Source: Piedraia hortae CBS 480.64
Lineage: Eukaryota
NCBI GenBank assembly: GCA_010093745.1
Contig: MU005973.1
Location: forward strand, 1 to 64,000
Reading direction: 5' to 3'
DNA length: 64,000 bases
Shown here: positions 1-15,828 of the stretch, piece by piece
How the letters are laid out: the number at the start of each line of letters is the position of its first letter
Position numbering within the stretch: the stretch's first letter is position 1
Made by a program: the position numbers and the translations under genes
The notes under the pieces: model-generated
What the model saw: only the letters and a program-made list of their open reading frames with translations
What the model was told of the DNA's origin: nothing
The model's database searches: none

Positions 1-686
1 CGAGTGGCGGGCCACTCCAGTGCCTTCTTCCCGACATGGACGTATTCGCCCAGGCGTATAGAGTCCGTAGCACGTGCAAGCTCATTTGGGTCGATGATGC
101 TAAAGTAGCCATGGTCTCTACCCTGGGGAATTGGCACGGTGAAGACAGGGGTGTAAGCTGCATGGTTAGCAGGCCGTAAGTGGCCACCAGGGTCCACAGG
201 ATGGTTGGAGTTGTTCCATGCACTCGTCGTTGTGGCTATCGGTTGCGCATTGTGCTGCAATGCCTGCGGTGCTATTGTATTGGTGGCCTGTGTAGATTGA
301 GGGCATGTGAAGTTGTCATAGCCTTGCGAGGTTGGCGAGGGGGCAAAAAGAGCGGGATCATATTGCGGTGGCCCATATGGAAGATTTTGTGCGTAGCCGC
401 CGTACTGATTAGGTGCAAAAGTGGACGAAACGTGCGTCGCAGTCTGCTGGAGCGCCGGCTGAGAGGTGTATGGCGAGATGGCGCTGCCGTTTTGCTGCCA
501 AGTTGGGACTTGATGGCCGGCACGTGACTGACCCGAATATAAACCGTTATGTGCTCCCCAACTTGAGTTTTGAGAAACGTTGATATTGGCACTATTGAAG
601 AGAGCTGGATCATATGCAGGAAGCCGTTGATTGCTACCAGCAAAGGAAGAGCCAACGTCGTCTTTGTTGTTGTTGTTGTTGTCCAT
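1..686 (-). CDS. Hypothetical protein, N/Q/S/P-rich N-terminus (partial, runs off window start)
   Basis: Manual translation from ATG at 686 (MDNNNNNKDDVGSSFAGSNQRLPAYDPALF...YFSIIDPNELARATDSIRLGEYVHVGKKALEWPAT) is open to base 1; absent from the ORF track because no stop lies in the window; the (GTT)n tract at ~666-682 encodes poly-Asn. Confidence 0.7.
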   Translation of the reverse strand, partial: MDNNNNNKDDVGSSFAGSNQRLPAYDPALFNSANINVSQNSSWGAHNGLYSGQSRAGHQVPTWQQNGSAISPYTSQPALQQTATHVSSTFAPNQYGGYAQNLPYGPPQYDPALFAPSPTSQGYDNFTCPQSTQATNTIAPQALQHNAQPIATTTSAWNNSNHPVDPGGHLRPANHAAYTPVFTVPIPQGRDHGYFSIIDPNELARATDSIRLGEYVHVGKKALEWPAT

Positions 687-1322
687 TGCGTTGACGCGTA
701 GGGAGTGGAGGCGGTGGCCCGTGCGTCTGACCTGTTTCGGCTCAAAAACGACGAGCTGGAGACGGGACGGGAGTGAGGGCGCTCAGCGCCGTATCGCTTG
801 GTGATGAATTGCCGCGACCGCAAGTATCGTAATGCAGCAAATAGCCCTCAACGAGTCAAATGTTACTTTGTCACCCGCTGCGGCAACTTTGCCACACTGT
901 AAGACGCGCAGTGAGATTTTAAAATCCCGTGGCTGACGCCAGCACACGCCTAGGAAGCTGGAGGTAGCAAATTGAAGACAAACAGATGCCCTAACGCACG
1001 TCACACGGCCACTGTTGTGACCGTCGCAGGCAACGGCCCCTATCTTGCCAATGCAACGAAACGCAAAACAACGCCCCAGATTAACAGCCCGCCCTAGCTT
1101 TGACTGACAAAGGACAGGACAACAAACGGGTGGTACACGGCCAACGCAATACGAGTGGCCAGACAGAATGGATGATGTGGGTTTGATGAAGGAAAAGGGC
1201 AGGTGGAGGAGAACAAGTGAGTGACTAGCGCCGGGCTTGGCATAGAGTCACGTGCACGGATCTTAAAGCTGTCACCACGGGTTAGTTGGCATTAGGCAGG
1301 GTGTGCAGGCGGTAAACCCTCT

Positions 1323-3580
1323 ATGTCTTCTTCACTGTCGCTCAAAGATGGCCAAGTAGGTCGGTAGATTGCTTGGGCGTTGTCGCTCGCAGCTGACCAC
1401 TGTAGCCTCCATCAAGCGCATCTTGAACCTCAACCATCCACTGCGGGAGAGCGGTAAGCATAACGACGTGACCGGGGGTGCTCCGCCTACACAAATTTTG
1501 AACGAAGAAGGCGAACCGATTTGGAAGGTGCTGGTGTTTGACAACTTGGGAAGAGATGTCATCAGCAGCGTACTGCGAGTCAATGACTTGAGGGAATTGG
1601 GCATAACCATCCATCTGTAGGTCTTCCGGAATTGCAAGCGAGGGAGCTAGCTGAGACTTTGCAGCCCTGGCTGACCTCTCAATCTCAGAAATATCACCCA
1701 GCAACGGCATGCCATTCCCGACGCGCCCGTAGTCTACCTGGTCGAGCCGACGGAGGAAAATGTCAAGCGCATCACCACCGATCTACAGAATGGCCTGTAT
1801 TCGCCCGCGTACATCAACTTCCTTTCCTCCATCTCAAGGCCCTTGCTGGAGGACTTTGCTACCCAGACAGCTCAGGCCGGCACGGTGGAAAACATCAGCC
1901 AGGTGTTTGACCAGTATTTGAACTTTATCGTCAGCGAGCCGAACCTGTTCAGTCTTGGTATGGGCAATGATACGTATTGGAAGATGAATAGCCCGCGCAC
2001 TAGCGATCAAGACATTGACGCCAATGTCGATCGCATAGTCAGTGGCCTTTTCAGCACAGCTGTGACCATGGGTGAGCGCTTTCCGCCTCTGCCGTTTAAT
2101 ACTCATATTCTTAGGAACGATCCCAATCATCCGAGCTCCCAAGGGCGGGGCAGCGGAGATCATTGCAGCGAAGCTTGATCGCAAGCTCCGAGATCATATC
2201 CTCAACGCCAAGGATAACCTTTTCTCAGGTAGCCGGTCTGCGTCAGGGGAAATTGCCATGTCCTCGCGGCCGGTGCTCATCATAGTGGATCGCAATGTGG
2301 ACCTGGTGCCTATGCTATCACACTCGTGGACGTATCAGTCACTGATCCATGATGTATTGGACATGAGGCTCAACAGGATTACTGTCGAGACACCCGTAGA
2401 CGAGGAGAATCCCAGCAAAGGCACCACCAGGCGTACATATGATTTAACTTCGAATGACTTTTTCTGGAACAGGAACGCCAGCGCTCCCTTCCCACAAGTT
2501 GCCGAAGAGATCGACAAGGAGCTCAAACGGTACACGGATGAGTCTATGGAAATCACCAAGAACACTGGCGCCAAATCGATTGAAGACTTGCAAAACGACA
2601 CGAGCGCGGCCGCGCAGCATCTTAAGACAGCCATGACGAAGCTGCCTGAACTGCGCGAACGAAAAGCCCTTCTAGACATGCACATGAACATCCTGACAGC
2701 GCTACTCAAAGCACTGAAGGAGAGACAAATAGACAACTACTTCCAGCTCGAAGAGGACATCAAAAAACAGACCAAGACGCAAATGCTCGAGCTCATTAAC
2801 GACCCGGACAAGGGCAACAACCCCCACGACAAGCTGCGACTGTTCATCATTTGGTTCCTCAGCACTGAGCAAGAGGTAACGCGAGGTGAAATCGACCGCT
2901 TCTCCGAAGCCCTTAGCAAGATTGGCTGCGACGTCAGCCCACTAACATATATCCGCCAAGTGCGCGAAGTGACGCGCATGACCATGATATCCTCTGCGCC
3001 AGCGCAGCCAGCGACGCAACAAACGTCCACCTCGTCCAACATATACCGCGGCCTGACGTCCTTTTCGTCGCTGGTAACAGACCGTTTCAAAGACGCCGGT
3101 TTCGAAAATATCATCTCTAGCGTGAAAAACATCCTACCCGCCAACAAAGACCTGACACTCACCAAAATCACCGAAAGCCTAATGGACCCACAGCACGCAT
3201 CCACAAACGCACTCCAAAAAACCGAAGGCTTCCTCTACTTTGACCCTCGCTCCTCCAACGCACGGGGTACAATGCCACCGTCTATTCGCGACGCACGAAA
3301 CCCCACATCCTCCAGCACCACGACCCCATCCTCTGCGCCCCGCGGCATCGAAGCATCGTTTGGTCAAAAGAGACAAGGCTTTTCCGATGCGCTTGTCTTT
3401 GTCGTGGGCGGAGGGTGCATGGAAGAATACGGCAATCTGCAGGACTGGGCGAAACGCACGAGCGGGGCGGGAGGGGCCGCCAGCGCTGTCGGACGCAAGA
3501 GGGTCACTTACGGCAGTACCGAAATCGTAAATGCAGAGGCTTTTCTCGCTGAGCTGGCCTTGCTGGGTCGTGAGACTTGA
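1323..3580 (+). CDS. SLY1: Sec1/Munc18 family ER-Golgi SNARE regulator Sly1
   Basis: Spliced MSSSLSLKDGQV/ASIKRILNLN...IWKVLVFDNLGRDVISSVLRVNDLR, RPVLIIVDRNVDLVPMLSHSWTYQSLIHD, VFVVGGGCMEEYGNL; short canonical introns near 1360-1405, 1617-1688 and 2072-2114. Confidence 0.96.
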
Positions 3581-3914
3581 TATTGTACCTTTTCTTCGAG
3601 TGTAGATCTAGATCCGTGGATTTCTCCTTCGCTGTGCCTTTTACGTCGTGCCATGCAAAAAGTTGATGTGTTAACGCACACCCTACTGAAAATTGGCACT
3701 GGATGGGGAAAGGCATACCATACCATGGAAGCCAAGAAAAGCCTATTTTGTACTCTAAGATCATGACCAAACCACCCGCGAAAACTTGAACAGATTCATG
3801 CACCCAAGAACTTGAAACTATCAAGAGGGAGGTGAAACTACATAGAAATAGGAAATCAAACAGATGAAACATTCTCACCAAAAGATCCGACTTCTTTGTG
3901 TTAATAGGTGTAGT

Positions 3915-6316
3915 TTAGGCATAGGTATCAAGGCCGGTAAATCTCTTCCTCGGCCTCATCTCGTTGTCTTCATGAACGGCATTTCCCCCCTCTTCGCTTT
4001 CGTCAGCTGCACGCTTGTGACCGGACCGAAACCCATTGTTTTGTGGCGGCGACGGCGGATAGCCGAAGCTACTGCCGCCGTTGTAATTGTTGGCGCTGTG
4101 GTGGTTGACCGGCACAAAAGACGAGTCTTGGGCGAACTGGTGGTGGTGGTGGGGGGGTTGCTGCTGCTGCTGCTGCTGCTGCTGTTGCGGCGGCGGCGGC
4201 GGCGGCTGAGTCTTCGCAGGCTCATGTTGGGGAAAGTTGTTAGCGCCAACGTTGGTGTTGTGATACCGGTCCAGAATCTGCATGAGAGAGGCTATCATAG
4301 AGGCCTCTACGCCATCCTTAGCTGGGCCTGGCATCTTGCTTTCCTTGTGGGCAACTTCACACATTCGCATGACTTGGCTGAAATGTGTGGCCGCCGCCGT
4401 TTGCTGGTCGGGCGGATAATGGCTAAGGTGATGCTTGCGATATTGTAATATATCCTGTACCAATGGATTATCAACCACAAGACCACTTGCCATGCCACCG
4501 TTTTGGGCGGACGCCGGGGCCTGTTGCTGAGGCTGCTCATGATACTGTGGGCGGGCTGGGATGGCGTTGACTGAACGTCGCTGCGTGGCATTGGACTTCC
4601 TCGACTTCTCAGTCTCCAGCGGCTTGCTTGTATCGACGGTCCACAACTTTCCTTTGCCGCTTCTGCCACACTCTATGAATCTTTCATGTGTCTTGAGATT
4701 GTGGCGAATGCTTGACTGCCAACCGGTAGATTCTGCTCTGTACCTGTACCACGGGTACTTTTTCTGGAACCTATCATAAATCTCCTGCAGATCTGCCCGG
4801 CCTCCAGGGATTTCGCGGAGAAGCTCGTCGAGTAGCACGAGGTAAGTTTGGCTTGGGCGCTCCATCTCGGCCGCGGTGAACTCATGTTCTGGCTTGATAG
4901 GAGAGACAGAGCGCGCGTTGCGACGATAGCGAGGTGAAGAGGCCCTCTCTTTTCCATCAACACCAGAGGTAGGCTCTGTTCCGGCGTCGAGAGGTGTCTC
5001 GTCACGGCCGGGGCCCTTATCAGCGCCTGCGGCGTTAGGAGAGGCCGTATTGCTTGGCTTTTCTTTCTTGTTCAAACTTCGAGCCATCTTCACCAGCTCA
5101 GCCATTGACAGTTCTTCCAGGCCTGCGGCTCTGCGCCTCTCCACTTCCCGCTTCATGAACTGGTGGTCGCGTTTCGAGATAAAGCCGTTCTTGGGCGGGC
5201 GCCCAGGACCTCTAGGGCGCTGCGGCAGTTCCTCTAAGGGTATGCCTAACAGCACGGAATCACCTCCCAGTTGCGACTCAGCCCGATCTGGGCGCTCTTG
5301 TGCGGCTGCCACATCTTGCATTGGCCAATCATCCTCGCCGTCTTCAACATCTTGTAACTTCTCGGAGGTCTGCACTTCGAGGGCTCTTGACTTCTTAACC
5401 TTCTTAGAGGGCCGTTTGTGCCTCTTTCGAACCGCATCGGAGTCCGGAGAGCTAGTCTCGTTTTCGTCGTCTGCAACAGCTACAGCTGCTGCTGCATCTT
5501 CGTCCGATTCTGCATGGACATCTACGTCATCGCCAGACTCGCCAGACTCGCCAGCGCAGTGTGACGCCAGTATGATAGTGAGACGCACACCGGAAAACTC
5601 GACGTCAGTTTCACCTTCGAGATCAACAATAGCGTTACGATTCTTGTATCTGCCGTTAACGATGGCATAAGAACCGACAACATGTAGCTTCCAGTTGCCG
5701 TAGCTTGGATGGTATTTGATTTTCACATGCTTTCTCGAGATGGCTTTGATCAAATGCCCGCAGTCATCGGGTGGATGTACCGGAAGAAAGGTGGAACGAT
5801 CGTCTCGGTCTTGATCGCCGACTAATGAGACGTGGAGGTCGGCAGGGTCGATTGAATCAGACTGAGAGGGAACACGATGGCTCCTGTTGCGCCGGACCAC
5901 AAGTTCTTGCTCCGCGTCGCTAGGTGGCAAAGCAACGACGCCGCCGGCGGGATGAAAGCGTCGAAAACAATTCTCTGACTGTACGTGTACTGGCGTACCT
6001 TCACCTGCGCTTGCTTGGGCCCTCTCGCGATCAACGTACAACTGGTAGTAACTCATATCGCGCCCCAGAATCACAGTGGTGCATTCTTTGATATAATAGT
6101 CACCATCCCCGAAAATGAGTTTCCCGTAAGCTTCTATAGACTGGTTCTCATCATTCTCGTCGACCACATGGTCAACCTGGTGATGTTAGCCGTTCAAGTA
6201 CCTCCTCGGCTGGAGACACGTACATAGACGTCGGACCCATCGCTACCAAGGTCATTTCCCCCCGGCTCCCTATTAGTAAGGCCATTCTGTGCCCAGATTT
6301 GTGCTGGGCTTGCCAT
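3915..6316 (-). CDS. FHL1: FHA + forkhead domain transcription factor, Fhl1-like
   Basis: AYGKLIFGDGDYYI..VILGR and ISRKHVKIKY (FHA), RGPGRPPKNG AT-hook-like motif, LQEIYDRFQKKYPWYRY...GWQSSIRHNL (forkhead); upstream exon from ATG 6316 with GTACGT..GCTAAC..CAG intron ~6176-6223. Confidence 0.85.
4138..4206 (+). repeat. Compound trinucleotide microsatellite (TGG)n/(CTG)n/(CGG)n
   Basis: Encodes PPPPPPP-QQQQQQQQQQ-PP-HHHH in the C-terminus of the Fhl1-like protein. Confidence 0.9.
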
Positions 6317-6490
6317 CAGTAGGTCTGGTGTGTGCAGCCAAGTTGGTGTGGTTATCTGCAGAACCCGACGCGAATTTGAGTAGCGTTCACACAGTTACTG
6401 GTGAAAATTAGTGTGCCTTTGGTATGTATTATTCACTTACGTACCAAGACTGTGCAAAATTCAGTTTCCGAAAGCAGTATGTCAGTATTG

Positions 6491-6517
6491 GTTGTGCGTT
6501 GTGCGTTGTGCGTTGTG
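6491..6517 (+). repeat. 7-bp tandem repeat (GTTGTGC), nearly 4 copies
   Basis: GTTGTGC GTTGTGC GTTGTGC GTTGTG in the divergent intergenic region between the FHL1-like and 2OG oxygenase genes. Confidence 0.8.
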
Positions 6518-6614
6518 GGTGTTTAGGCGGGCCGGGGCGAGCCTGCCAAAATATCCCGACGCATTGGCCACATCATTCGTCGCCCTCGTCAAAACCTTAC
6601 CCAACGCCGTAATA

Positions 6615-7398
6615 ATGCCAAGACCCGCAAATGACTTTGCGTCACGAAATACGAAACCAAACTGGCCCAAGATATCGTCTCTTTGTGAAGGACGCCATCC
6701 TGAACTCATTCCTCTGTTAGCGGACCAGATCCTCACCATTCCCGGCCTTCTATCGCAAAGCGTGTGCAAGATTTACGTAAAATTTCTGTCTAATCTACCT
6801 CTGACCACAACGCCAAGCAAGCCGAAAAAAGACGAGGCACTTCGTTCCAACGACAGGTATCAAGTGAATGATGCAGAATTTGCAGCGCAATTGTGGAAGG
6901 CTACTGGATTGGAGCGACTCATCACTAGCCCCATCATCGATGGCAAAGAGCTGGATGCCCATCGCCTTTGGGGCGGGCAAGTGATCGGCCTGAATGCCAA
7001 TATTCGCATATATCGATATCGCGAAGGGCAGTTCTTTGCCAAACATTGTAAGAGACTATGCATTGGGTACACAGTCTTCTGACAAGTGCCAAGACGATGA
7101 TGCAAACAACGTCCTTTTCCCCGACGAAGGTGTGCCAAGCGCAGTTCCAGCAAAGACTACATGGACGTTATTGCTGTATCTCACTTCCCCTGCGACTGGA
7201 TGTCTAGGGGGTGACACTGTCTTTTACCCTCAAGCACCAAACAAGCGGGAGCGCACACCCGATCCGGTGGTGGCGCAGCTAGAGGTAGGGAAGGCACTCT
7301 TGCATAAGCACGGCAAAGATTGTTTGCTTCACGAAGGCCTTGCGGTTACCAAAGGGGAAAAGTGGGTGATCCGTAGTGACTTGTGCGTGTCTAGGTAA
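6615..7398 (+). CDS. 2OG-Fe(II) oxygenase, prolyl 4-hydroxylase-like
   Basis: GLNANIRIYRYREGQFFAKH/YDD (HxD split by intron ~7048-7093), TTWTLLLYL, GGDTVFY, LLHEG..VTKGEKWVIRSD. Confidence 0.88.
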
Positions 7399-8464
7399 CA
7401 ATCTTAATCGCCTTGACTAGAACAGGGATCAAAGCCCCTGTAGGCAACGCGAATACCCTGTGCTTCGTCACCCGCAGCAAACTAGCGATTGTGCCAGAGT
7501 GCGCGGTAAAAGAAATGACTGGGTTCGGATCATTAGTGAAGATATCGCTTAATAGAGCTCTCTCTCGAGCATCATGTTCATCCCACGTTTCGCGATGGTT
7601 CGCTCTCCACAATCTGTCGTTTTCCTGGAACCCCAGCTCGAATGTCCAGTTTGGGAAGTCGTGCAGAATCGCCGTGCGAGAGCTGCGCCTATCACATGTA
7701 TGAACGCCGAGGACCTCACGTAGCATCTCTTTGATGACTGGCCTGAACTGACCATCTGCCGGCAACTCAAGCCCGCCAAAAGTCAAATTCGCTGTTTGCA
7801 AACATCTGTAGAGTGGGCTCACGTAGTAGGACTGGGGTGCCGGCATCTTCTGTGTCTGTATCTGCTTTTGCATGAATGCGCGCGCCTCGCGCGCCTGAGC
7901 TTGACCCACACTTGTGAGGTGGGCATCGGACCAAAAGAGAGTGCCGTCTCCATCGAGTTTGGACCAGTAGTCGTCCCACGCATTGGTTCCATATAGAGCT
8001 TCGGCAACATTGTGCTCGCCCTCGCCGTGTCGACCCATGTAAATCAATTTGTACGTAACATTAGATGGGCTACTGGCTATTAGATGCTCAAGGTAGTCAT
8101 AAAAGCGCTGCCATTGCGTTACTCTCGTGTCAGAGTGTCGGGTTTCCGGATAGGAACGTTCTATTAGGCCAAAATTACTGCTGATCTGGCGACTTAGCAA
8201 AGCGGTCCAGTTGCTGCCTGGATATGTCTCACATGGTCAAACGTGGCCGGATCTGTTCCCGGCTCATCTTGCCAGAAGAAGCCTTTGACGGCTTCATACG
8301 CAAACATGGTGATGTCACTGCTATCGCCAAGCCTGGGACTCATTGTGCCAAGAAGACTCCAAGCTAACCAACCAGCTATGAAGATGCCTGAACTGGGCGT
8401 ATTAGCACGACTTGGATTGTGTGACGTCGTCTTACACGATTACCAAAAGCCTTTTAACTTGCAT
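7391..8464 (-). CDS. Histidine phosphatase / phosphoglycerate mutase family protein, Pmu1-like, with N-terminal signal or anchor
   Basis: RHG catalytic motif (MGRHGEGEHN), SPLYRCLQT, LREVLGVHTCDRR, TAHSG; two short introns give the N-terminus MQVKRLLVIVSGIFIAGWLAWSLLG..FFWQDEPGTD. Confidence 0.88.
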
Positions 8465-8602
8465 AGGGGGCGTTTAGGAAAGCGTCAGATTCACAAGTTG
8501 GCTTGTGTGATGCCTGAAATTGAAGGGCTCAAGAATGCGTTAACATGTGGGATCGGCAAGCCTGCGAAGTTTTTACTCTATCCCGTCGTCACAAGGATTA
8601 CT

Positions 8603-10406
8603 TTAATATCCGTCGTCCTCCCCACCACCGCTTACAATGACGCTGTTAACCTTCAAAACCATGCGACAAAGTTGTGTGGCCAGCAGTAGTTGCGAGCGCT
8701 TGGAAATGAGTGGATCAATAACAAAATGCTCCTTCATGTCTGCCATAATGATTAGTACTCCACTCAGCAAAGTCAGAGTAGTAGCCGACTTACCACTGCT
8801 TCCCGTTCCCATGCAATCCACGCCTAACCGGCCACGTCCCTCACCTTTGCCCTGTCGCGCCTTGAGTTCGGCCAGGGTTTCGATGGAGGATAGGCCACTA
8901 TTCTCAGCCAGCGCCATGGGCACTGAATCTAGTGCATCGGCGAATGCGCGCATGCTGTATTGCTCAAGACCAGGTTGCTCAAGTGCAGCTTTTTCCACGG
9001 CCAACGAGCAGGCAATTTCCGCAGCACCGCCGCCGTAAACGATTCTGTTGTCCTTGACCAAGTTTCGCACCACGCACAAGGCGTCATGCAACGAACGCTT
9101 GGCTTCATCGATAATCATTTTGTTAGAGCCACGGATGAAACAGGTGACAGCACGGCTGTTTGCGCACTCTTCAATTACCAGCATCTTCTCTCTCGTGGTG
9201 CCGAACGACATCTCACGCACGATGCCGGCTTTGCCAAGTTTGGCGGGAGAGAGGTCCTCGAATCGCGGTACAATGCGACCATTTGTGGCGATAGCGATGA
9301 GCTCAATCTCCGGCCCGCCAACCCAGCGAACAGCGGGGAGCTTGTGGGTGAGCAGCAAATGGTTAGCTTCATCGTCAAATCCCCACTGGCAAATGACTAC
9401 GTTGGCACCAGTCTGCTTGATCTGCTCAATCATTTCAGTAAACTTGGCTTGCTCGTACTTTTGAAGCTCTTTGAATTCAGCGACGCTGGTGATATCAAGC
9501 TTGTGTTTTGTTTTGGGCTTTGGAGGCTCAAACGGACATGTCAGGATAGCCAGCTTGGCGTCTTTAACTTCAGAGGGCATCTGAGGATGAGAAAAATCTT
9601 TATCGACCACCACACCGGCGACCAAGATACTGTCCTCGATGGCCCCTCCTACTTTTCCATCCACCTTGATAAGCTCAAAGTCGACGTCCTTTCGCTCCAA
9701 GTCGGCCACCGACAAGACAGCCTCAACTGCCATCTTGGCAAACTGGTCATGTGCTTTGGAGACAATCTTTGAGCCAAGCGCCGTCTTGGCCACTCTGGTC
9801 AGGTTTGTGGCATCCTTCTTGGAAAAAGGGATTGTGTCCGAAATTTTGTCCAACTCTGCCACGGCTACTTCACAGGCAGCATCGTAGCCATCGGCAATGC
9901 GAATAGGATGAATGCCCTTGTCAATGAGCTCTGCCGCCTGCTCCAGCAAGGCTCCCGCCAAGACCACCACTCCCGTCGTACCATCCCCGATCTCTGCATC
10001 TTGACTCTGGCTCAGGGAGACAAGCAGCTTGGCAATGTGGTTGCTGATCTCCATCTGGCCCATGATTGTTGCGCCATCGTTGGTGACTGTGATGTCCCCA
10101 TCGGGGGATATGAGAATCTTGTCGAGGCCTCGGGGCCCCAGCGAGGATTTGACTATGGAGGAGACGGTGCGTGCGGCGAGAATGTGTGATTTGACGGCAT
10201 CTGTGCCGTGCGCGCGTTTCTTCTTTCCCTGATCGCGCACGATGATAAAGGGCCGTCCGTTCTCATCTTTGGCAATTTGGGCTGTTTACGTTAGCAATGC
10301 CATGCGGTGCCTCTTGATCACTGTACCATTGCTAAGATCGAGCTCTGTACGTGGTTAGCTTGACCTTCCAATGTAGTTGGCATCTCTTACGCATAGGTCC
10401 CGCCAT
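8603..10406 (-). CDS. CCT5: T-complex protein 1 subunit epsilon (CCT/TRiC)
   Basis: [63 protein letters not shown]; two micro-exons at the 5' end, last intron 8740-8793. Confidence 0.97.
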
Positions 10407-10827
10407 TGTGGAATGCGGACTTCCGCTTTCTGTGTTCTGAACACAGCACCAGACCCAGGTACGGCGGTTCGAGTCTAGCCAGACAAGCTGTGTGGAATAC
10501 TGGCCTGTACAGAATCTCCTGGTTCAATTGTCAAGGGAAATTTCGTAGCGCTAGCGGGACAAGCTCGGACCACACGCATTCAAGCGTCACACGCTGTGAT
10601 GTGGGCAGGTGGGGTTCCCAGATCAATGTCCCCGATTCCAGACATTCGGCCAATATCGCTAGAAGACGACCACGGGGTCACTTAAACTTCGATATATTAC
10701 ACATTAATACACATTAATGGCTGATCTACCAGTCGAAAGCTACGGACTTCATAACCCTGACACTGACATTCGAATCGTGCCTCGTAACCACCTCTTGAAC
10801 TCGCCACATCTGCATCGGTCTCCATTT

Positions 10828-11435
10828 CTATACCTGGGCCATGACCGGTGGTCCACGAACTCCGCCGGGACGAAGGTTCGCACCACCCCGATTTCCAAAT
10901 CCAGAGGCTATGCATGAAAGGAGGAAGGCGAAGAAGCCAAAAAACATAAAGACATCCGCAGCCTGGGCTTCTCGGCAGCGAGATTTTGAGCCCGCAATGA
11001 TATAATTGCTTTTCACCCAGCTCTGGAACAAGTGTCAGTGCGACGCGTCGAATTTGTTTCTGAAGCGACTTACCTGATTATTGCAATTATGCGCACCCAG
11101 CTTAGCTGCCAGCGCGACGGCGCCACAGAACCAAAAGATGCAGTTCAGAATGTCCAGTAGAAGAGGCAAGATAGGATGAAAGACCAGCGACTCTTTCAAG
11201 GTGGCCGGAATGAGGTAGAGAAGCGTGAGCATACCCCACACGGACACGAAGAGGGAGTAATTGATGGTTCCGCCGTTGCCTCGACCCCAATCAGAGACCA
11301 TGTTGCCGGTAAGTGCCATAACGATGAAGGAGCAAAAGAACTGGACGAATTGTCAGCAAAAGCTTGGACGGTAATCGAAGAACAACGCACGGCCAGCGCC
11401 CTTAGGCCTAGGTTGAGAGGCTTCAGGAAACTCAT
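10828..11435 (-). CDS. NCE102: MARVEL domain membrane protein Nce102-like
   Basis: LNLGLRAL..MALTGNM..INYSLFVSVWGML..FWFCGAVALAAKLGAHNC..RCREAQAADVFMFFGF..C-terminal MAQV; two introns. Confidence 0.88.
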
Positions 11436-12289
11436 GTTGAGCTACGCGTCACGCGTGGTTGGGCTTGTGTGGCGCGATGGAAGTTGTAAGCGGCAAAAGA
11501 AAGGCGCGGCGTCGGGGTTTAAGCCTTGTGCCCGTCGCATTCATTACGTCAGACCTCTTTGTGTTCCACGTCATGCCACAAAATGCGCGCGCAATGTGAT
11601 TGGCTAACGCCCAAAACAACAGCCACCGTTGCCAGCGGGAAACGGCCGAGCTACCCGGGCCGAGCCGAGCCGCATCATCTCAACCTTCGCCCACCCCACG
11701 CCGTGAAACGAAATACTCTAACAGAGAGAATCTTGCGAAGAAATGACATTGACAGAGACCTTCTACGTGTCCCTTCAACTCTGACGATGCTCCTTATCAT
11801 ACACATCGGCAAAAATCCTGTTCTCTTCCTCTCAATCGCGGGAATTCTCGGACACAGGATGCTGCTCAACTGATCACCAGTGGACGTCACTGAACACGAA
11901 CGACCCAGAAATAGGGTTGCTCAATACTCGGGTTCTCAACAAAGGACGAACAACGAACAGAGGCACGGTTTAGTACTGAGTGGCCCGGCTACTATCGGTA
12001 ATGTTTCACTACTCCCAGCCCCTGAAGCGTTTCCCGCTATGCTGCCAAGGGGTTGCTGATACTTGATGCGTCTGACAGGAAGCACCTTCCAGACTACGCA
12101 AGGTATAGAGTCAAGCAGCAGGTAAAAGCAGTGTTGGTAACGTTTGGTAAACTAAAGACTATAAACCTCACACCCACTGACCCCGCGGGACTGAACCCAC
12201 TTTTGCTTCGATCAGTAAAGGTGTCCATCGACATGTCTTTCTATTGCGTCGAACGCTCAAAGGACTCCCACCACCCCAAAAAGCATTCA

Positions 12290-14839
<2,550 letters not shown>

Positions 14840-14995
14840 TCACTTTTGCGTCAATGCAGTTTCCTAGAGGGTAACGCCTTCCTTTTCGGGTGTGACATAC
14901 GTCAGTTACTTCCCGGCTAAACCGTAGATTTTCAATTCAGATATAGCCGCAGCTGCTGCCGTCCAATCGGTGGTTTTGACAACTGGCGTCCAACC

Positions 14996-15732
14996 ATGTT
15001 GACCTGTTCATCGGTGAGGTCTCGATTTGCAAAGCCTTCGCTCTGGCGAGGCTTTTCGACCTTGCCAAACAACCCACACATCGTATGCCCATCTTCTCAA
15101 AAAGAGTTAAACTGTAACTGAGATAAAAGTACGCACATTGGAGCGATAGCCGTAGAGAGTACAATCTCTCCCTCCTTCCCGATGCTTCGTCCGGTATGCC
15201 TATTGGTTCATGCCCTAACATTCCACCCACTCCCGATTCCTTCCGAGAAAACAATGATTTTCTGCAGTTAGTGCAACGAGTGATCGGTGAACATGCCGTC
15301 AATGACCCAGACGTGCAAGCCCAGGCCGCCATGTACACTTCGCAGGCTGGCGCTTCCCTCGGTAGCGGAGGCTTATTCTTCCCGGGACAGCGTCGCCACA
15401 AGCGTCGTGGCGAGACTGGGCCCAAAGTTGCAGGTGGTGGAGGCGGATCCGGTGGAGGTGGAGCGGGAGGGGCCAGTGCACAAGGTGGCATTGGTGGGGC
15501 GGGAAGAGGCGGCTGGATTCATGTCAGCGACCAGAGAAACCCTCCAGACTTGGGCCGCGTAGCCTGGCCCGAGGACATATTCGGCAGTCTGGAGCTGGAC
15601 GGCGAAGGCCGCTTTGTGGACGGTACCGGCCGCTACCAGAAGAACGACACATATCGCGTTGTGACTAAGGAAGGCATTCTAGGCCTGAGCCCTTTTTTGC
15701 GGAAGAAGCTGATCGAGAGGTTGACTAAATGA
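14996..15732 (+). CDS. Conserved fungal hypothetical protein with Gly-rich segment, probable mitochondrial presequence
   Basis: Exon 1 MLTCSSVRSRFAKPSLWRGFSTLPNNPHI, intron ~15084-15129, then GGIGGAGRGGWIHVSDQRNPPDLGRVAWPEDIFGSLELD. Confidence 0.75.
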
Positions 15733-15828
15733 CAATTATGACCTTTGCTGATCCAGAGGTTCACCAGATCACGATTGTGTGTAGATGTAACAACCATGTA
15801 CCTTACTATACAAGAAGATTTCTCAAGT

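Noticed and set aside
272..823. 183-aa minus-strand ORF from the track
   Set aside because: A different minus frame from ATG 686 stays open to the window edge and looks more protein-like
3636..3644. GCCTTTTAC matching U5 snRNA loop 1
   Set aside because: No flanking stem; it lies in the SLY1 3' UTR and is likely a chance match
10466..10475. GGTTCGAGTC B-box / tRNA T-loop-like motif
   Set aside because: No cloverleaf stems, A-box or oligo-T terminator can be built around it
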